In this document: piece after piece, positions 60,023-64,000 of the stretch
How the letters are laid out: every line of letters starts with the position of its first letter
Numbering within the stretch: the first letter of the stretch is position 1
Source of the DNA: Leucoraja ocellata
Taxonomy: Eukaryota
Assembly (NCBI GenBank): GCA_036785375.1
Contig: JAWMAR010000070.1
Location: forward strand, 4,278,001-4,342,000
Direction of reading: 5' to 3'
DNA length: 64,000 bases
Made by a program: the position numbers and the translations under genes
The notes under the pieces: generated by a model
The model's database searches: none
Told to the model about the DNA's origin: nothing
Seen by the model: only the letters and a program-made list of their open reading frames with translations

Positions 60023-61585
60023 ATGAAAGAAAACTTAAATCGTTCCATGATGTGTCATATTGCTTCACGGCCAATGTCTCCGGTCTGAAGTGCAGGCAGT
60101 GCTGTTATTGTACCAGTTGTGTCAGTGTTCTGTCCCCGGTTCAGTACAATTTGGGTTCACTTCCCACTCCAGATCCCTGAGCAGAAACTGGGCTGGGATC
60201 GCAGTGCGGTACTGAGGGAGCGCGGCAGTGTTGCAGGAGCTGCCTTTCAACAATCCGAGGCGGTGCCCGGCCTCTCACCCCACAGAAAGACCCCACTTTG
60301 CTATTTCATTGGCGGTGCCGCCGGCTGCGCTGCCAACATTCATCTCTCAACCGACACTGGGCAGGACCCGTGTTTTTTTAAATTATCAAATCATTTATTC
60401 AATTATTAAAAATAGTATTTACACTACAATAAAACAAGAACCCAGCACCATAATACAAGACAAACAAATATACTAAATAAACTACTATACAACTATGTTA
60501 CAATGCTTGTCAAGGATGTACTCAACCACAGGCGGTGCCCAGATATCCCGGAAATCCCCCAGGTGCCCGTGGACAGCGCCTGGTCCTTCTCGAGTCCCAC
60601 ACGGACGCGGAAAGCCGACCCGTGTTTAGACATTCACCGCCGACAATGCTTTCCAACGCCCTGACTGAGAACAGAGGACGGACGAGTTACGGGTCCATTA
60701 ACGGAGAGCGGGTCCATTAACGGAGAGCGTTTGTAGCGTCACAACGCACACCGCCAGATTCGGGGAATGTTTCTTCCCAGCTGTTATCAGACATCGGAAT
60801 CATCCTCCCATAACCAGAGAGCAGTGCTGAACTATCTACCTCTTTGGTGACCCTCGGACTACCCTTGATCGGACTTTGCTGGCCTTACCTTACACTAAAC
60901 TTTATTTCCCATTCATGTATGTAAGATGATCGATTGTAATCATGTATCTGGCAGGTTAGCACGCAACATAAAGCTTTTCTCTGTACCTCGGTACACGTGA
61001 CAATAAACTGAACTTGGATTTCAGCACGACTGGGCCGCGGATCCGATAGCGGATGGAGAGAGAGTTGGCGGTGGGTGGATAGAGCGAGGACAGTGGTTCA
61101 GTCTCAGACTCCGGGGAATTGTTGGGTTTGCGACAGAGTTGAGATGGACAAATGCAGGGAATATTTGAACTGACACAACGAGTCCACAATCCTGACTTCC
61201 ACCTCAGTTGTAAACACATTTTGTTAGTGTAGAATTAACTTCCTGCTGATGTTGGAACCTCTGTCCTTCGGTCCAGGTGTCTTGGAGTATCTGCTCCAAA
61301 TACATTCGCTATTTAATGCCTATATATGCCTATCATCAGGATGCAATTAGACCTAGTGTTAGCGGTGGTTAAACTACGAACATAGTCTAGATATTCAAAT
61401 GTGATTTCAGATCCGTCACCACAATGCACTGAGTTCCATCTCCCCCATTACATGTCTACACACACTTAACCATCTCTGCTGTAGAAAGGGTGCACGGGAC
61501 CCCAACCTACATTGATCATTGGAATATCAAGATCTGGCTTTCACTCACCCGGCAGCGAGGCGATGAGAAGAAGGGGAATCCACAT
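39370..61585 (-). CDS. Gene B (whole span): inhibitory MDIR-like / CD300-pIgR-like receptor, L-V-V-C2-V-C2-stalk-TM-cytoplasmic tail with 3 ITIMs, 696 aa
   Basis: Exons 61549-61585, 58789-59109, 57445-57765, 51798-52118, 50288-50605, 45923-46243, 44602-44650, 42080-42168, 40059-40105, 39370-39636. All introns GT-AG, phases compatible, total 2091 nt = 696 aa + stop. Confidence 0.85.
40059..40105 (-). CDS. Gene B cytoplasmic exon ESKYNTSHGEDNDETQ
   Basis: TTTTCCAG acceptor, CAG|GTAAC donor, 47 nt phase 1->0. Confidence 0.72.
40822..41470 (-). mobile_element. CR1 internal fragment
   Basis: ORF 40820..41281 matches CR1 ORF2 (KRLVKTNVGPLQSE...NYRPVSL). Confidence 0.88.
42080..42168 (-). CDS. Gene B transmembrane exon IIYIVASGVTVLFLILIIAFFWYQKRKTK
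   Basis: Uncharged hydrophobic run followed by basic stop-transfer residues; phase 2->1 fits flanking exons; G|GTGAGT donor. Confidence 0.85.
43775..44372 (+). mobile_element. Degenerate Penelope-like 3' fragment
   Basis: RFTEHIRS...LEEQ...FRLG followed by the typical pLTR tail. Confidence 0.65.
44602..44650 (-). CDS. Gene B stalk exon (G)LEYSCETSKGSNALS(R)
   Basis: Polypyrimidine-CAG acceptor, AG|GTAAAC donor, 49 nt phase 1->2; conserved paralog at 14895-14943. Confidence 0.75.
45923..46243 (-). CDS. Gene B C2-type Ig domain (FCRL-like), type b
   Basis: EPVSVPVL...VSCESVRGSLPINYGWY...QYYCTASN...SEMVNVSI; 321 nt, donor G|GTAAGT. Confidence 0.88.
47165..49592 (-). mobile_element. L1/Tx1-type 3' fragment split by the CR1 insertion (47165-47750 and 49463-49592)
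   Basis: KRILKFWNNEPTPTLKMW...LHLQDMRF...KIW resembles an L1 ORF2 C-terminus; reading continues on the far side (PNTELIIFG). Confidence 0.6.
47751..49447 (-). mobile_element. 5'-truncated CR1 copy of the same family (RT portion)
   Basis: 427 aa ORF nearly identical to the ORF2 C-terminal half; FADY instead of FADD; same 3' tail. Confidence 0.92.
50288..50605 (-). CDS. Gene B V-type Ig domain 3
   Basis: VAGALW...DCHY...KYWCPGTSRQC...GDTGWYSC; 318 nt, phase 1-1. Confidence 0.9.
51798..52118 (-). CDS. Gene B C2-type Ig domain (FCRL-like), type a
   Basis: EPVSAPVL...VSCESVRGSLPIHYTWF...QYYCRATN...SEILNVKV; 321 nt, phase 1-1. Confidence 0.88.
52867..55959 (-). CDS. CR1 ORF2: APE endonuclease + reverse transcriptase (1030 aa ORF; true start uncertain)
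   Basis: LNARS, GITETWL, GVVYRPP, MGDFN, SDH; NYRPVSL, QHGF, YLDFQKAFDKV, GVPQGSVLGP, FADD; uninterrupted. Confidence 0.93.
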   Translation of the reverse strand: MWDQHSGRQVCHCYTGGFKLNKGGGVLNGTVEDGVKGKGFLKCVSVETEECKMRVEEIGSKVKSKSGRQTKPGQKSKRATFQHNCVRGKSVVKTSLKALCLNARSIRNKVDELNVQIAINDYDIVGITETWLQGDQGWELNIQGYSIFRRDRQKGKGGGVAILIREGINAMERKDISLEDVESVWVELRNTNGQKTLVGVVYRPPNSSSEVGDGIKQEIRNACDKGKTVIMGDFNLHIDWANQIGRGAEEEDFLECMRDSYLNQHVEEPTREQAILDWVLSNEEGLVSNLVVRAPLGKSDHNMVEFFIRMESDIVNSETMVLNLKKGNFEGMRRELAKIDWQLILKGLTVDMQWKTFKDCMDELQKLFIPVWQKNKSGKVVHPWITREIRDSIKAKDDAYKLARKSSIPEDWEKFKDQQRRTKGLIRKGKIDYERKLAGNIKTDCKSFYRYVKGKRLVKTNVGPLQSETGELIMGNKDMADQLNNYFGSVFTKEDINNLPEIAGDRGSKELEELSEIQVSREVVLGKLNGLKADKSPGPDRLHPRVLKEVAPEIVDALVIIFQNSLDSGVVPEDWRVANVTPLFKKGGREKMGNYRPVSLTSVVGKLLESVIKDGIAAHLESGEIIGQSQHGFTKGKSCLTNLIEFFEDVTSSVDRGEPVDVVYLDFQKAFDKVPHKKLVYKLKAKGIGGSVLMWIENWLANRKQRVGVNGSFSQWQAVTSGVPQGSVLGPQLFTIYINDLDEGIEGNISKFADDTKLGGSVSCEEDARRLQGDLDRLGEWANVWQMQYNVDKCEVIHFGGKNRKADYYLNGGRLGKGEMQRDLGVMVHQSLKVGMQVQQAVKKANGMLAFIAKGFEYRSREVLLQLYRVLVRPHLEYCVQFWSPNLRKDIIAIEGVHRRFTRLIPGMSGLSYEERLDRLGLYSLEFRRLRGDLIETYKILKRLDRLDAGRLFPMLGKSRTRGHGLRIKGKSFKTEMRRTFFTQRVVNLWNSLPQRVVEASSLAIFKRELDVALVAKGIRGYGEKAGTGY
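55899..56816 (-). CDS. CR1 ORF1, zinc-finger + SGNH/GDSL esterase-like; TAG at codon 7
   Basis: GDSIVR, CLPGA, VHVGTND, DGLHLN motifs; reads MSGKLI*CDACSMWEV...CEKC. Confidence 0.85.
56995..57343. repeat. ~150-bp tandem repeat (two copies plus a partial) in the CR1 5' UTR
   Basis: Repeated cacccctctcctcacacttgggctagagccaatca... units. Confidence 0.85.
57445..57765 (-). CDS. Gene B V-type Ig domain 2
   Basis: Same V motifs (DCHY, KYWC..C, GDTGWYSC); 321 nt, open frame, phase 1-1. Confidence 0.85.
58340..58745 (+). mobile_element. CR1 RT fragment in the intron after gene B V1
   Basis: SQHGF...VVYLDFKKSFDKVPH. Confidence 0.8.
58789..59109 (-). CDS. Gene B V-type Ig domain 1 (CD300/pIgR-like)
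   Basis: ITIDCHY...KYWC-x6-C...RVSITD...FTVTVEDL..GDTGWYRC; 321 nt, phase 1-1, AG/GT borders. Confidence 0.9.
59410..59942 (+). mobile_element. Same L2 fragment in gene B intron 1
   Basis: ORF 59478..59780; ends in AATAAA followed by (TAT)n. Confidence 0.85.
59943..60021. repeat. (TAT)n microsatellite, tail of the L2 element
   Basis: About 26 perfect units; the paralogous positions are N-gaps (16471-16599, 28203-28549). Confidence 0.95.
61549..61585 (-). CDS. Gene B exon 1, signal peptide MWIPLLLIASLP
   Basis: ATG, hydrophobic 12 codons, phase-1 donor G|GTGAGT; four paralogous copies in the window. Confidence 0.85.
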
Positions 61586-63636
61586 TGTTTTATCCACAGT
61601 GACAAAATCAGCACTTGTCTGTCTGTCGCTCAGCTCTGAGCTTTCAGATACAACCGCATCTCTCAAATAGCAATGACTTAGAAGGGAACAGGACGTCAGA
61701 TCGTGAACCACAGCGAGCCAGTAGCAGCTCGACACGATGTAGTGTGAAAGGCTCAGGGTTATATTTAGCAAATGGTTGGGTCAGATGATCACAGAGTCAT
61801 ACGTCACGGAAACAGGCCCATCTCCCCAACTCGTTAGACCAATATGCTCATCTAAGTTAGTCAAATTTGCCCACGCTCGACCCATATCTCCCCAAACCTT
61901 CCCTATCCATGGACCTGGCCAAATGCCCGTTCCATGTTGTTATTGCAGCTGCTTCAGCCACTTCGTCAAGTGTGATGTATCCGTAAGGATGGAGCGGCAG
62001 TTATCTCTGTACTGAGAGTCTGTTAACACTGAACTGTGGTGGAAATATTGACAGACAAAAAAAATGCAGGAGCAACTCTGCGGGCCCGTCAGCACCTCTG
62101 GAGAAAATGGATAGATGACGTTTCGGGTCGGGACCCTTCGTGTAAACAATGATACGTTGTATAAAATATGACATTTACAAGAGTAAAAATTAGGTTCCAC
62201 TGCGCCGTTTTGTACTGTATTAACTTCTAATAAAATAAACAAAAAAAAAAAAAGAGTAAAAACGTCTAAGATGTGTACACTTCCGGATCATTCTCTCTTG
62301 ATGATTTTGTAAGTGGACCGGCAGACCAAAAACATGGAACTTTTGTTTTGGAATATTGCTGAAGTGATACACTTAGTGAAGTTAAAGCAAGTTAGAATAT
62401 ACATGGTGAATTGAATTGTTAACTTGTCTTCTTCACAAGTGCTAATAAATTATCAGAGTTGTGGTCATGTACATTCCATTGGTTGATTTTGTACATCTGC
62501 TTGCAACGATTTCATTCTGTAGGCAACTAGTTGTATTATAATATGACTTAATATCTGCTGCGGGCTATCGTTCTGGGTGTGTTACTTTCAGGGGAACAGT
62601 GCAGTTTATTCGGGTTGTGTCCGTCAGTGGCATTGTTGTGTATCACGTGGTATGGATGTAACACACTGATGTGTCCGCCACTGATGTTAGCTGAGCGCTG
62701 GCAACCCTCAGTAAATTATCTTTTGTTCGGAGCTATTTCCTGTTTACTTGCCCAACTAAAAACACTGCAGAGAGGAACCGACGATGCAGTGAAACAATGT
62801 AATCCTGTCTTCATTCGCCATTGACCCATGACTTCTGCAAACACTGCTCAGCAATCAGTGTTAGACCGAGCTGCTCGCAAGATGCGGTTCAGAGATACGA
62901 ATCTACACACTCTTGTTTCAGCAGCGCGAGCAAAGTGTCAGCACTGCAGAACAATTCAGTGTAAAGGGAGAAATGACTGTTTGATCATATTAGATTCAAG
63001 TACATTGCAAATCAGCACCCACTGCTAAACACAACAGTGACATCGACCCGAAATGCCACCCGTTCTTTCCCTCGAGTGATGCCGCCCTTCCCGCGGAGTT
63101 GCTCCAGTATTTTGTGTATATCTGTGGCATCTCAGACCATTTATCTCTCATGATCTGAGAGGCACTTTGGGATGTCCTGCAGTGGGGAAATGATCCAACT
63201 CAAGATCATTCCTCCCATTAGACCATTAACAAGCTCAATTTGAACGGGCCAGGCAGCATCAATGTGACCACAGAATCTGCAAGTATCTCTGGCTATTCAG
63301 CACCCCTCGGATATCCCTGACCTGGGGGGTTGTGAGTTCAAAGCAGCCTCTGGTCTCATTTCCGCGTCTCCCCGCTTACTGTGTGGATAATATTTATCTT
63401 TGTCAGTGGGACATTTCAGCAATCTTTGAATCTTTCCGAACTTTATGGCGGTTACTCCGTTATTGCAGGTCACCATTTTGTATTCGCAAACAACCTCCTT
63501 CATAGTTCTTTCATGGGCGGGGCTACAGTCACGAGTCAGACTAAGGAAAGAAACACAATGTATTTGCAGTTTCACACCCCGCGCTTTGCAAGCTGCAACT
63601 CACCAATTTTGTTCTGCACAAGAATAGACTTTCCTC

Positions 63637-63940
63637 TAGTTTAGTTTAGTTTAGTTTAGTTTGAAGATACTGCGAGGAAACTGGCCCTTCCGCCCACCGA
63701 GTCCACACTGACCAGCAATCCCCGCACATCACACTACCCCACACACACTGGGGACGATTTACATTTATAGCAAGCCAATTAACCAACCGACATGTACGTC
63801 CTTGGAGATCTCGGAGAAAACACGATGTTATGGGGAGAACGTACAAACTCCGCACAGACAGCTCCCGCAGTCGGGATCGAACCCGGGTCTTCGGCGCTGC
63901 AAGCGTTGTAAGGCAGCATCTCTACCGTTGCACCACATTG
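63637..63940 (-). mobile_element. tRNA-derived SINE, paralog of 20155-20460
   Basis: Near-identical sequence. Confidence 0.7.
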
Positions 63941-64000
63941 GCCATTGTTTGTAGTCCTTTAACTCCTTTGCACGGTGGCAAAATGAACAACTCGTTGCAG

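Noticed and set aside
59822-60088. Poly-Tyr / poly-Asn ORFs
   Set aside because: Translation of the (TAT)n microsatellite

Overview
Vertebrate genomic DNA, most likely from a cartilaginous fish (skate/ray; inferred from the receptor type and the repeat complement). It holds a tandem cluster of immunoglobulin-superfamily immune receptor genes, all on the minus strand. They combine CD300/pIgR-type V domains with FCRL-type C2 domains, which fits the skate 'modular domain immune-type receptor' (MDIR) family. Exons were reconstructed by hand from splice sites and reading phases. Gene B (61585->39370) is complete: 10 exons, 696 aa, leader-V-V-C2-V-C2-stalk-neutral TM-tail with 3 ITIMs (inhibitory). 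Genes C (18121->11043) and D (30064->21971) end in an Arg-containing TM and a short ITIM-less tail (activating type). Gene C has a single V exon nearly identical to gene B's first V but frameshifted in this assembly; gene D's V exon is missing, probably inside an N-gap. Gene A (8315-><302) is leader-V-C2-V-C2 and runs off the left edge. An orphan half-V exon lies at 32388-32596. Mobile DNA includes a near full-length CR1 LINE with intact ORF2, other CR1/L2/L1-Tx1/Penelope pieces, tRNA-derived SINEs, hammerhead-like motifs, a DIRS-type element with intact ITR/ICR ends, and an ERV 5' LTR with a perfect tRNA-Ser primer-binding site.
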